Shown here one piece after another: positions 51,944-62,413 of a DNA stretch of 64,000 nucleotides. The first letter of the stretch is position 1. Each line of letters begins with the position of its first letter. The translations under genes were made by a program, and so were the position numbers. The notes beneath the pieces were generated by a model that worked only from the letters and a program-made list of their open reading frames with translations, was not told where the DNA came from and ran no database searches. This stretch comes from Candidatus Zixiibacteriota bacterium. Its GTDB lineage: Bacteria; Zixibacteria; MSB-5A5; UBA10806; 4484-95. The stretch lies in the NCBI GenBank assembly GCA_037441845.1, contig JBBIRK010000003.1, forward strand, positions 64,001 through 128,000, written 5' to 3'.

Positions 51944-53101
51944 TTAATTACCCCCCTCGAAACGTTCCACCTGCTTCTTATAAAATTTGTTTTCCGGATC
52001 CTCGGCCGCCGCGAGTTTGGCGAACTTGACAGCCTCTTTTTTATTTTTACGGGCGAAACAGATTTCGGCCACCGTATCGGCGATCATCGCCTTTTCTTTT
52101 CCCGGTTTGGCGAGCTCCACGCCGCGACGCGCCAGTTTTTCCGCCTCTTTCAGATTGATTTTATTTTCGAAGCACCACCAGGCGAAACTGTTCAGCCTGG
52201 AAGCGTCATTTTGCCAGTCTTTCGGCATCGACTGTTTTTTCAGCTCTATCGCTTTGGCGGTATCTCCGCTGATATAGATATGTTTGTTTATGACAAGCTG
52301 GGTCTTCTTTCCGGCCAAACCGCCGTCTTCGCCGGCCGCATTTATTCCTGCGTCCAGGTATTTCCCCAACAGCTCCATTCTTGAGTTTTCGATTATCAAC
52401 GGGACGATCATTACGGCCGCCTGCACCTTCGATTCGGCATCGACATCGCCGTTTTCGATCACTTTGTCGGCCGCCGCCAGAGCCTCCTCGAACGTGAACA
52501 TATCGCGTTCATAGCCGTCGCAGGTATTTTCGAAAATATCGAAAAGATGATAGCGGGCGGAATTTTTATCCAGCTCCATCGCCGTTCGATAATAGTCGAC
52601 GGCCTCTTTGTATTCCCCGATCGCCGAGCTGTATCTACCCAGAATCTCCGCATCAGCCGCCGAGGGTTTATCTTTGAATCGTGTCTTTTTCGTGTCGATA
52701 GTGGCCGTGTCTTTGAGAGCTTTTCCCAGCGTTCCTATAAAATGATCCTTGGCATAACCTATCCATCTATCGACGATTTGACCATCGGCATTCAGCAGAA
52801 TGAATGTTGGGTAACCTCGAACCTTATGTTCTTTGGCCAGCGCCTGCCCGATTCCCTTTTCGGCGTCGATAGCGAACAACACTACGCCGTCGAGAGCCGC
52901 CATCAAGTCCGCATCCGATTTCGCTTCACGAGCGAAAGTCTTGCAGGCGCTTCACCATTCGGCGAAAAAATCGGCCAGGATAAGCTTATTCTGGGTGAGG
53001 GCAAGCGATTTTGCCTCATCGAGAGTCACCGGCCCGGTATCTGCCGCCGCGGGAATAAAGAAGGCCAACATGGCGATTAAGGCAATGATAGAACGATTCA
53101 T
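51944..53101 (-). CDS. secreted thioredoxin-fold/TPR protein with UxxC active site (selenoprotein; UGA at 52954-52952)
   Basis: AGGAG RBS and ATG at 53101, signal peptide, ILADFFAEW-TGA-SAC-K in frame with downstream V.GYPT cis-Pro motif and TPR-like repeats. Confidence 0.88.
52917..52940 (-). promoter_or_regulatory. putative bacterial SECIS hairpin
   Basis: minus strand GA(C)UUUCGCU-CGUGA-AGCGAAA-UC beginning 11 nt after the UGA. Confidence 0.6.
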
Positions 53102-53355
53102 TTTCGGCTCCTTTTAAGATTTGCGTTTTTCATTATATACACTTGCTTGAGCGAATGTTCAACACAAATACAGCTGATTTCGGCGAATATTCGAAAAAAA
53201 ATCAACCAAACGCCGCTGTATTAGTTTATAATGTATAATCGATGGTAATTGTCGGCCGGGCGCGGCCGGGCGATCATGATTATCGGCGCAATGCCGAAAT
53301 TTAATCCAGACGGATACTCCGGATGGTTAATTAGAAAGCAGGTGACTTAACCGAT

Positions 53356-55329
53356 ATGTGCGGCATTGCCGGCTATTTCCAACTAACGGGAACTTCCGAT
53401 CGCGACGATAGGCTCGTGCGCCGAATGGTTTCCGCCGTTCAGCATCGCGGACCCGACGAGTTCGGCGCGTATATCGACGATCGTTGCGGTCTGGGTCATG
53501 CCCGCCTTTCGATTATCGACCTATCCTGCGGTCAGCAGCCGTCGACCAACGAGGACGGCACGCTCTGGATCGTTTTCAACGGCGAGATATTCAATTATAT
53601 CGAATTGCGGCCGGAGCTCGAGAAATCGGGGCACCGTTTCCGCACCAATTCCGACACCGAGGTCATCGTTCACGCCTATGAAGAATGGGGCCGGGACTGC
53701 CTGAACCATTTTAATGGCCAATTCGCTTTCGCCATCTACGATAAAACTAAAGGCGAAATGTTTTTGGCCCGCGATCGCCTCGGCATCCGCCCGATATTTT
53801 ATGCTGTTCATGGCGATCGTTTCTATTTCGCCTCGGAAATAAAAGCGATTTTCTGCGACGATCGAATAAGCCGCAGACTCGATTTGCAAGGTCTCGATGA
53901 AATTTTCACTTGGTGGACGACCGCTCCTCCGCGCACCGCCTTTGCCGGTATCAACGAGCTCGAAGCGGGAAGTTATCTGGAAATCAAAAGCGGCAAGGTC
54001 TTTGGCGGCCGCTGGTGGCAGATGACCTTTCCGGAATCATTCGATGAGAGCCGAAGCCTCGATTCCTGGGCCGAAGAGCTGCATGGATTGCTGGTCGATT
54101 CCGTCCGCTTGCAACTGAGAGCGGATGTGCCGGTGGGGGCTTATCTGTCCGGAGGGCTCGATTCTTCGGCAACCACGGCGCTTATAAAGCATTTTACGTC
54201 AAACCGGCTGGAGACTTTTTCCGTTGCCTTCCACGACAAGGCCTTCGATGAGTCGCAATTTCAAAATGAGATGGCCTCGTTTCTTGGCACCAATCACCAT
54301 CAGATAAGATGCTCATATAAAGATATCGCCACGGTTTTTCCGAATGTCATCTGGCATGCGGAACGCCCCATACTGCGCACCGCGCCGGCGCCGTTATACT
54401 TGTTGTCTCGATTGGTCCGTCAGACCGATTTCAAGGTCGTCCTCACCGGCGAGGGTTCTGATGAGATACTCGGCGGTTACGACATTTTCAAAGAGGCCAT
54501 AATCCGCAACTTCTGGTCGAAAAATCCGGAATCTTCCTGGCGGCCGCTTTTGCTTAAACGATTGTATCCCACTCTGCCGCTGTCACCGGGCCGGGCTCGT
54601 TTCTATCTCGAATCGTTCTACAAAAGCGGCTTGAGCGAATTGGATAAGTATTACTATTCGCACATCCAGAGAATAAATACGACCACCAAGATAAAGGAAT
54701 ATTTGACATTGGATATTAAGAAGGCGATGGCGGCCAGAGATTCTCTGGCTGCGTTCGAATCCGGAATTCCCGAGAATTTTTTCAGATGGCATCATTTGGC
54801 GCGCGCTCAATTCCTCGAGGCGCGATCGCTTTTATCGGGATATCTGCTCTCATCGCAGGGGGACCGGGTCACGGCCGCCAATGCGGTCGAGGGGCGGTTT
54901 CCGTTTCTCGATCATCGGGTGATCGAATTCGCCGCTAACATTCCGCCCAAATTCAAGATCAGGGGCCTCAAGGAAAAATTCGTTCTTAAAAAGGCGATGA
55001 AATCCGAATTGCCGGCTGAAATTCTGCGTCGGGTAAAGCAACCTTACATGGCGCCCGATTCGAATTGCTTCTTCCAAAATGATTCGCCGGAGTATATCGA
55101 GGATATTCTATCGCCCGAATCGATAAAAAAGGCCGGAATTTTCAACGCCGAGGCCGTCTCGCTTCTGAAACAAAAGTGCGCTCGGCTGTCGCACGCCCAC
55201 ATGTCGTTCAAAGACAACATGTCGATAATCGGCATACTGGCCACTCAACTGCTGGTGCAGCAATTTATCGACAACTTTCCGAAAATCGAACCGATTGCAC
55301 GCGATAAATTCAAGACCTGGCATGCCTGA
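53356..55329 (+). CDS. asnB: asparagine synthase (glutamine-hydrolysing) family amidotransferase
   Basis: MCGIAG, HRGPD, RLSIID, NGEIFN, LSGGLDSS, GEG.DE..GGY, R.PFLD. Confidence 0.93.
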   Translation: MCGIAGYFQLTGTSDRDDRLVRRMVSAVQHRGPDEFGAYIDDRCGLGHARLSIIDLSCGQQPSTNEDGTLWIVFNGEIFNYIELRPELEKSGHRFRTNSDTEVIVHAYEEWGRDCLNHFNGQFAFAIYDKTKGEMFLARDRLGIRPIFYAVHGDRFYFASEIKAIFCDDRISRRLDLQGLDEIFTWWTTAPPRTAFAGINELEAGSYLEIKSGKVFGGRWWQMTFPESFDESRSLDSWAEELHGLLVDSVRLQLRADVPVGAYLSGGLDSSATTALIKHFTSNRLETFSVAFHDKAFDESQFQNEMASFLGTNHHQIRCSYKDIATVFPNVIWHAERPILRTAPAPLYLLSRLVRQTDFKVVLTGEGSDEILGGYDIFKEAIIRNFWSKNPESSWRPLLLKRLYPTLPLSPGRARFYLESFYKSGLSELDKYYYSHIQRINTTTKIKEYLTLDIKKAMAARDSLAAFESGIPENFFRWHHLARAQFLEARSLLSGYLLSSQGDRVTAANAVEGRFPFLDHRVIEFAANIPPKFKIRGLKEKFVLKKAMKSELPAEILRRVKQPYMAPDSNCFFQNDSPEYIEDILSPESIKKAGIFNAEAVSLLKQKCARLSHAHMSFKDNMSIIGILATQLLVQQFIDNFPKIEPIARDKFKTWHA

Positions 55330-55383
55330 TAATTCGCCTGGCTGTGCTAATAGATAGTGCTGTAAGATAAACACCCCTGTTTG

Positions 55384-55782
55384 TCAGGGCAGGGGCAAGG
55401 CGGCGATTGCATCGGCAACGGCGAAACCCGCCAGCGAATCCGCGGGAGCCTGACCACCGATATACATGCCTGAAACGCATATCTCCGGCTTTCGAATTGA
55501 TTTCGCCGCCGCATAACCGATTATCAAACCGATCAAAAGCAGGGCGGCCGCTCTTATGGTGCTGATTAGTAATCTGCGCAAATTTCCCGTTCGCCTGCCG
55601 ATGACCCTGTTCTCACTCGATCTTATCGAAGCTATGATTCCGATATCTTTCCGGATCGCCTCGAGTTTTAGCCGGCAAAGGTCGCAGCCGGCCAAATGAT
55701 CGGTCATTTCGACCGTCGTTTTCTCATCTTGCAGTGTTCCGAGTTCAAAGGCAAGCAATTGATCTTCATCATAATGTGTCAT
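55384..55782 (-). CDS. membrane-anchored ZAS anti-sigma factor
   Basis: HLAGCDLC (HxxxCxxC) plus TM helix; overlaps the sigma gene. Confidence 0.8.
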   Translation of the reverse strand: MTHYDEDQLLAFELGTLQDEKTTVEMTDHLAGCDLCRLKLEAIRKDIGIIASIRSSENRVIGRRTGNLRRLLISTIRAAALLLIGLIIGYAAAKSIRKPEICVSGMYIGGQAPADSLAGFAVADAIAALPLP

Positions 55783-56315
55783 TCGATTATTCCTCTTCTT
55801 TTAAGTTCCTGTCGGCAATATCTGACGGCGTAGAAAAGGCGCGATTTTGCCGTTCCTACCGGAATTTGCAGCAAATCCGCCATCTCCTCGAAAGTATATT
55901 CTCCATAAAATCGCAAGACCAAGATCAGGCGATGATCAAAATCCAGGTTGAGGATAGTCTCCGCCACCGCTTTATCCCGCTCATCGTCGAGCAGCGCCTC
56001 GATTTGATTCGAGCCGGGGACGATCGGCTCCGTTTCATCCAGATCGATCTCCCGCCGTAATCTGTGCAACTCCTTCAACGACAACCGATAGGCTATCGTG
56101 TTAAGGTAACCCTTGACCGTGCCGTTGCGATTTTTGGGAATCGAATGTATCGCTGCCATGAATGTCTCCTGCACGATATCCTCGGCCGACTGAGACGAGC
56201 CGGAAATCAGCAAAGCCAAGCTTTTCAGCTTGGCCTGATATTTCGTAACCAGCATCGACCAGGCTTGTCTATCGCCCTTTACCGCGTTTTCCAGCAATTC
56301 CCAATCGGAATTCAA
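55779..56315 (-). CDS. ECF RNA polymerase sigma factor
   Basis: TTG start overlapping the upstream TGA; AEDIVQETF; EEMA..L.IP.GTAKSRL. Confidence 0.9.
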   Translation of the reverse strand: MNSDWELLENAVKGDRQAWSMLVTKYQAKLKSLALLISGSSQSAEDIVQETFMAAIHSIPKNRNGTVKGYLNTIAYRLSLKELHRLRREIDLDETEPIVPGSNQIEALLDDERDKAVAETILNLDFDHRLILVLRFYGEYTFEEMADLLQIPVGTAKSRLFYAVRYCRQELKRRGIIE

Positions 56316-57592
56316 CGCTTCATTCCCTGACGTGCGCACCAGGCATCGATTTCTTTTATGTCGCCATGAGCGCACCATCTTTCGGCTGCCTCGCCTCGCA
56401 GCTCTCCTGATAATAAATTTTCCAGATGTTCTCGATACCACAAGAAAAGTCGCGACCGCAGTTCCGGCGCATAAATTCTAAGCGAATCGAGGTTATCGGT
56501 AATGCCCTTGACATAGTTCTGCACCAGCATCCTACCGGCATCGTTGGCAGATGAAAACCGAAGTCTCCAGCTGTCGAGTCCGCCGGTTCTGAAATTTTCG
56601 ATCCAATTTATGAAACTGCGGCGATACAGCTCCGCCTTCGAGCGGCCGGCAGGGCTGACCAGTGTCACCATGCCGAGATCGATCCCGTTGGCGGCGGCCG
56701 CTTTGAGTTTTTCGGTGATGAATAAAGTTTTAGAAAAATACAACGGTCGTTGCGCCCGTTGCGCCGCCTCGATCAACTTGAGGATCAGAGTATCGCCGAT
56801 CAGGCCGGCCGAGGTCGGCTTGATTTTACCGTCGCCGAGCGCCCCGCCCATCGATTCTCGAATCTCCTCCAAATCGGCTTTGCTCGTGAATCGGGGCAGC
56901 CCGCTGTCGATCAAGAGAATGGGATACCATTCGGTATTGAGCAAACTTCTGTTGACGATAGTGATGTCCGGACGGACCTGCAATATCCTGGTGAGAATCC
57001 ATCCCGGATAGGTGTCGTTGTCACCGTTGGTTATCATTATGGCGTCGGGTTCGAGACTGCTTATCAGGTTGTAATTATAATCGAGGATATCGTCCGGAAT
57101 GATGCCGCTTGCAAGCAGTTTGCGAAGGGCTTCATCCATTTTTTCGGTTTCGCCGGCCCGCATATAATGGACAGCCAGAACGAACCAAGGGTCGATGAAT
57201 TTAGGGTCAAGAGCGACAGCTTTTTCGAGGTATTTTCGCCCTTCGGGGGTCAAATGCAGTTTGGGCTCGAGCGCCTTGAGATAATTCAAGGTAGGATTGG
57301 CCGGGTATTTTTTCAAACCCTTGTCGAGCAATTCCGTATAGTTGGCGTTGCCGGCGTAGCGGGCGGCGTACATCCAGTTGGCATAGGCATATTCCGAGGG
57401 GAACTCTTTGAAATAAGCTTGCCACAAGGTCTCGAGCTTCTTGTAAGTTTCTTTGTCATACACCACCTGCCTCATGCTCTTGATTTCCTCCGGCCTGACT
57501 ATTTCGCCGCCGGAAGCTGCGGCTGTCCAAGCGGCAATCAAGACCGATAACGCCGCCGAAAACACGATTTTGTTTTTTAGGGACATATCCAT
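56312..57592 (-). CDS. secreted hypothetical protein with TPR-like region and TNGDNDTYP motif
   Basis: AGGAG RBS, signal peptide, TPR-like helices; NGDNDT motif resembles the soluble domain of DUF2723 proteins. Confidence 0.75.
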   Translation of the reverse strand: MDMSLKNKIVFSAALSVLIAAWTAAASGGEIVRPEEIKSMRQVVYDKETYKKLETLWQAYFKEFPSEYAYANWMYAARYAGNANYTELLDKGLKKYPANPTLNYLKALEPKLHLTPEGRKYLEKAVALDPKFIDPWFVLAVHYMRAGETEKMDEALRKLLASGIIPDDILDYNYNLISSLEPDAIMITNGDNDTYPGWILTRILQVRPDITIVNRSLLNTEWYPILLIDSGLPRFTSKADLEEIRESMGGALGDGKIKPTSAGLIGDTLILKLIEAAQRAQRPLYFSKTLFITEKLKAAAANGIDLGMVTLVSPAGRSKAELYRRSFINWIENFRTGGLDSWRLRFSSANDAGRMLVQNYVKGITDNLDSLRIYAPELRSRLFLWYREHLENLLSGELRGEAAERWCAHGDIKEIDAWCARQGMKR

Positions 57593-57793
57593 CTCCTTTT
57601 TTATAATAAAGGCGCGACTTCCGGCAAAGGTTCAAATAATTCAGCAAAAATAGAAAAAAACTTTTTTATATTTATAAGCGGCATACTGCGAATCACCAAT
57701 TATCTGGCGCTCGTCATGAAAACATTATATATATAATCAAGCGCCTGAGAGAAAATGTCTTAACTGATAAGAAGCGAACCGGGAGAGGATGTT

Positions 57794-60700
57794 ATGAACA
57801 GGTTTTTTTCGATTTGCGCGATCTTGATGTGTCTGAATTTTCCGGTGATCGGAGCCGAAAGAATAGTTATCGATGACCGCCTGCCTGACCTATCGGTCGG
57901 CGTCGATTTCGCGGGCCCCACTCGCACCGTGTTGACCATCGAAATAGGCGGAATCAGACAAACTACCGTGGAGATCGATGGCAGGTTGTATCATCAGCTC
58001 GAGCTTGAAGGCGAGGGAAACCTCGCTGAACCGGGTCAGCCTGCCGTTCCGTTCATCACCCGCAGTCTGCTTATAGGCGACAAGTCGCGCATAAGGGCAA
58101 ACATAATAGAAATGGAATATCAAGACTTCGCCGATTTCATGGTCGCTCCATCGAAAGGAAACCTGCCGCGCACAGTCGATCCGGAAACTGTCCCGTATGC
58201 ATTCGATGTCGTTTATTTATCGGATAATTGGTTTCCCGGGGAAATAATCGAGCTTGGTGAGCCTTATATAATGCGTGATTTCCGCGGCCTGCCGGTTCAT
58301 ATCCGAATCGCTCAATATAATCCTGTCAAGGCGACACTGCGGGTCTATAAGAGGTTGGTGATAGAATTCGTCGATTCCGGCATCGATACTCGAAATACGA
58401 TCGAACGCTCGCAGCTTCCGGCGACGATTGATCCTGATTGGAACGAAATTTACCGAAGGCGTTTCGTCAATTATTCCCCGGATGTCCTTCTATACACGCC
58501 GGTGCTCGAGGCGGGGGAGATGTTGATAATCTGCTACGACCAATTTTCTTCGTATATGTCGCCATTCGTCGAGTGGAAAAATCAGAAAGGCATGAAAACC
58601 AGATTGGTCAATGTTTCGACTGTCGGCAACACAGGCGCCCAGATAAAAAACTTCATTCAGGCATGGTACGATTCGACCGACCTGGCTTATGTCTTGCTCG
58701 TCGGTGATGCCGCGCAGGTGGCCACATATCTGCTTTCCGGCGATGCTTCCGATCCTTCTTATGCCAAAGTGGCCGGAGCTGATTATTATCCCGATATTTT
58801 CGTCGGCAGATTCTCGGCTGAAAACGCCGCTCACGTGCAGACACAAGTACAAAGAGTTATCGATTACGAGAAGAATCCCTCCGGCACGAATTGGTTTCGC
58901 ATGGCTGCAGGAATAGCCAGCGACGAGGGCCCCGGTCATTTCGGCGAATACGATTATCAACACATGAATAACATACGCACCGATCTTCTGGCGAACGGCT
59001 ACACCACCATCGATCAGATTTACGATCCCGGAGCCACCGCCGCCCAAGTGTCGACCGCGCTTAATGCCGGACGCGGTTTCGTCAACTATTGCGGCCATGG
59101 CAGCACCACCAGCTGGAGCACGACCGGCTTTTCCAATACGAACGTAAACGCGCTGACCAACGTCGGCAAACTGCCGTTCATTTTCAGCGTCGCCTGCGTC
59201 AACGGCGATTTCGATGGAACGACTTGTTTCGGCGAGGCCTGGCTGCGCGCCTCCAGCGGCGGCAATCCGAGCGGAGCGATGGCCGCCTATATGTCCTCGA
59301 TCAATCAAACCTGGAATCCGCCCATGGATGCTCAAGACGAGGCGGTGGACTTGCTTATGGCCAAAACCAAGACGACGTTCGGCGGAATTTGTTACAACGG
59401 TTCGTGCCGCATGATCGACATCAACGGCTCGGGCGGGGCCGATATGTTCAACACCTGGCATATTTTCGGCGATCCATCGCTGCTTTTGCGAACCGATAAC
59501 CCGACGACCATGGCGGTCGCCCATAGCGACGATCTGTTGTTCACCGCCACTCAATTTTCGGTGACCGTGTCCGGTGTGGCCGGCGCCCAGTGTGCATTGT
59601 ATCACAACGGCATTTTGTTCGGTTCCGCTTTTACCGACGCCTTAGGACAGGCGATAATTCCGATCAGCGGGACTCTGCCGCTCGGGCAAGGTGTTTTGCT
59701 GACGGTGACTGCTTTCAATAAAATTCCATACATCGATACTATCCTGGTGATCGCGCCGACAGGCCCCTATATCGTTTTCGATTCCTGCATAGTCAATGAT
59801 TTGCCGGGCAACGGCAACGGTTCGATAGACTACGGAGAGTCGGTATTTCTCGGAATAAGATTTAGGAACGTCGGGCCGGATACGGCCCGCAACGTGGTCG
59901 CGCTGCTGTCGTCCAGCGATCCTTACGTCTTGATCACGGACAACTCCGCGAATTACGGATCGATAGCCGGAAACTCCGGCATCGGTTATGTCGCCGATGG
60001 TTTTTCTATTTCGATCGCCGCAGATATCCCGGACAATCATGCTATACCTTTCCATCTCGATATCAGCGGAAGCGCCCTCGATAATTGGGTTTGCGATTTC
60101 TTGATGGTCGCCCATGCGCCGAACCTGATATTCGCCTCCGCCACTATTAATTCCGGCGGAAACAACGTGCTTGATCCGGGTGAAAACGGAATCATTTCGG
60201 TCACAGTGAACAACTACGGCGGAGCGGCAGCCGAGGCCGTCACCGCGCAGCTGTTCGAAAACGATCCATATATCGATGTAATCGACGCCTCCGGATATTT
60301 CGGCGATATTCCTGCGTCCGGCGGCGGAAACAACGACGGCGACCCGTTCTCGCTTTCGATAAGCCCCACTTGTCCGAGAGGCAGGCAAGGGCAATTCTCC
60401 GTGGTGCTGGCTGGAACGCGCGGCTTCGTCGATACATTGGCGTTTTCTTTAGTGATAGGGGATAAGGAAACTATCTATGCCGATGATTTTTCGGTCGATC
60501 GCGGATGGACTGGGCTCGGCGGAACGTCCGAATGGACGATCGGGCCGGCGACCGGAGGAACCGGTTCCGACAGTTATGGAGGGCCCGATCCCGCCAATGA
60601 CCATTCGCCCGGAACGGATAACAATGTGCTGGGAAACGATCTTACCTCGGGCTCGGGCGGAGATTACAACGCCAGCATCGGCCAGACATACTGGGCAACC

Positions 60701-62053
60701 TCGCCGATTATCGATTGCAGCCGCCACACCGATGTCGAACTCGATTTCTATCGCTGGCTCGGTATCGAGCGAAATACTTACGACCATGCCTACATTCAGG
60801 TTTACAACGGCGCTTCTTGGGTAGAGATATTCTCCAACCCCGCGACGACTATCGACGATCAGGCGTGGAACCTCGTGCATTATGACGTCTCCGCATACGC
60901 CGACAGCAACGCCGTTTTCCGCATTAGGTTCGGCCTTGGAACCACCGACTACGCGTGGCAGTATTGCGGCTGGAACATCGATGATATCGTGGTCAAAGGA
61001 TACTTCCAGGGCATAATTTCCGCTCCCGCGCTGGTGATCACGCCCGGAAATATCCTGGACAGCCTGGTTCAGGGAGAGCAGGTCCAGCATCAAATGACCA
61101 TTCGCAATCTGGGGAACGCCGCCTTGCAAATCGCGTTCACGCCCACACAAAGTTGGCTATCATGTTCCGGAGGCCAACTGAATATAGACCCTTTGGACAG
61201 TTCTCAAATCCAGATAACTATAAACACTGCGACTTTGAATCCCGGCTCTCATCCAGCGGCGATAAATTACGTCAGCAACGATCCGCAACACCCGAGCGGA
61301 AGCATCCCTGTAAATGTGGTGATCCGTGCACCGGCGGCGAGCGTTTATCCCGGCAGTGTTTGGGACACGCTGGCAGTCGAACAATCGAGCGACATTCCGC
61401 TTAAGATATGGAACAGCGGTGACGGCTTATTGATATTCACCCTTTCCGCGGATACCATGTTCTTGCGACGACCGGATACCCCCGAATCCTTTTCAAAAAA
61501 CGCTATTGGAGAAAAAATCGATCTGACTCCAGAAGGATTTCGACTCGAGGAAGGATGGCTGACGATCTCACCGGCTTCGGGCACGGTCCAGCCGCACGAT
61601 TCGATTTCGGCGACCATTCATCTCTCGGCGGCGAATCGGCCGGTGGGCGAATACAGCGGCCGAATAGTCATGACCACGAACGATCCGATCGATCCGATCA
61701 TTGTTATACCGGTCGAGCTGGTCGTTTCCGGTTCGGAATGCTCTTATTTTCTGGGCGATATAAACGGTGACGGAAGCGTTCTCGGCAGCGATGTCACCTA
61801 TGGGGTGCGCTATTTCAAATCGCTGGGTCTTCCGCCGCCCGACAGCTGCTATCTCGATTCGACGCGGGCTTATATCTATATCGCCGGCGATGTCAACGGC
61901 AATTGCGAATTTCGGGGATCGGATATCACCCGCCTCGTGGGTTATTTCAAAGGTGGAATTTCACTGAGTTATTGTCATTTTCTGCCGCCGATGATTCTTC
62001 CGCCGGGCCGAATCGGACCCAAAGCGGAAGCGATTCCGGCTTTGATCGAATAA
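57794..62053 (+). CDS. large secreted C25 gingipain-like cysteine peptidase with propeptide, Ig-like/BACON-like repeats and C-terminal dockerin-like module
   Basis: propeptide (G.P.VP, PSKG, G.PYIMRD.RG), WKNQKG, YVLLVGD, VGRFS, NYCGHG (His), VAC.NG (Cys), FGDPS. Confidence 0.93.
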   Translation: MNRFFSICAILMCLNFPVIGAERIVIDDRLPDLSVGVDFAGPTRTVLTIEIGGIRQTTVEIDGRLYHQLELEGEGNLAEPGQPAVPFITRSLLIGDKSRIRANIIEMEYQDFADFMVAPSKGNLPRTVDPETVPYAFDVVYLSDNWFPGEIIELGEPYIMRDFRGLPVHIRIAQYNPVKATLRVYKRLVIEFVDSGIDTRNTIERSQLPATIDPDWNEIYRRRFVNYSPDVLLYTPVLEAGEMLIICYDQFSSYMSPFVEWKNQKGMKTRLVNVSTVGNTGAQIKNFIQAWYDSTDLAYVLLVGDAAQVATYLLSGDASDPSYAKVAGADYYPDIFVGRFSAENAAHVQTQVQRVIDYEKNPSGTNWFRMAAGIASDEGPGHFGEYDYQHMNNIRTDLLANGYTTIDQIYDPGATAAQVSTALNAGRGFVNYCGHGSTTSWSTTGFSNTNVNALTNVGKLPFIFSVACVNGDFDGTTCFGEAWLRASSGGNPSGAMAAYMSSINQTWNPPMDAQDEAVDLLMAKTKTTFGGICYNGSCRMIDINGSGGADMFNTWHIFGDPSLLLRTDNPTTMAVAHSDDLLFTATQFSVTVSGVAGAQCALYHNGILFGSAFTDALGQAIIPISGTLPLGQGVLLTVTAFNKIPYIDTILVIAPTGPYIVFDSCIVNDLPGNGNGSIDYGESVFLGIRFRNVGPDTARNVVALLSSSDPYVLITDNSANYGSIAGNSGIGYVADGFSISIAADIPDNHAIPFHLDISGSALDNWVCDFLMVAHAPNLIFASATINSGGNNVLDPGENGIISVTVNNYGGAAAEAVTAQLFENDPYIDVIDASGYFGDIPASGGGNNDGDPFSLSISPTCPRGRQGQFSVVLAGTRGFVDTLAFSLVIGDKETIYADDFSVDRGWTGLGGTSEWTIGPATGGTGSDSYGGPDPANDHSPGTDNNVLGNDLTSGSGGDYNASIGQTYWATSPIIDCSRHTDVELDFYRWLGIERNTYDHAYIQVYNGASWVEIFSNPATTIDDQAWNLVHYDVSAYADSNAVFRIRFGLGTTDYAWQYCGWNIDDIVVKGYFQGIISAPALVITPGNILDSLVQGEQVQHQMTIRNLGNAALQIAFTPTQSWLSCSGGQLNIDPLDSSQIQITINTATLNPGSHPAAINYVSNDPQHPSGSIPVNVVIRAPAASVYPGSVWDTLAVEQSSDIPLKIWNSGDGLLIFTLSADTMFLRRPDTPESFSKNAIGEKIDLTPEGFRLEEGWLTISPASGTVQPHDSISATIHLSAANRPVGEYSGRIVMTTNDPIDPIIVIPVELVVSGSECSYFLGDINGDGSVLGSDVTYGVRYFKSLGLPPPDSCYLDSTRAYIYIAGDVNGNCEFRGSDITRLVGYFKGGISLSYCHFLPPMILPPGRIGPKAEAIPALIE
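61739..61990 (+). repeat. dockerin-like C-terminal module, copy 2
   Basis: GDINGDG...DVTYGVRYFK...AGDVNGNCEFRGSDITRLV.YFKG; matches 9334-9591. Confidence 0.9.
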
Positions 62054-62090
62054 AAACGTTCGATTTTGCCGGTGCTTGTAATTGAAACGG

Positions 62091-62121
62091 TCGGGGTGCG
62101 CAATCCGCGCCCCGATTTTTT
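62091..62121 (+). terminator. intrinsic terminator after C25 peptidase
   Basis: TCGGGGTGCG/CGCGCCCCGA stem followed by T6. Confidence 0.75.
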
Positions 62122-62413
62122 CCCGCTGTTTCGCAGGCGACCGACAACGATTCCGTGTTGAATAACTGAAAATGAATCGTTCAAATCCGGCCGATGGGCA
62201 AGAGTGCCCGGATTCGTACTTGACATGGCGTTCGGCTATGTATTATTAAGATATACGGAAATCGAATCGATAGGTAAATTCGATCCCGGCCGTTTTTCGG
62301 ACGCTCATTAAAATGGGGGTCAGACAATAGAAAGCTCGCATTAGTTTGGTAAAGAACGATTCTTCGGATAATTTATATCGTATCGAATTGAATTACCATG
62401 GAGGGTGAATTAA

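Noticed and set aside
53356..55329. asnB-like gene as a lasso peptide cyclase
   Set aside because: Intact N-terminal Cys glutaminase domain; no precursor, B protein or RRE genes nearby
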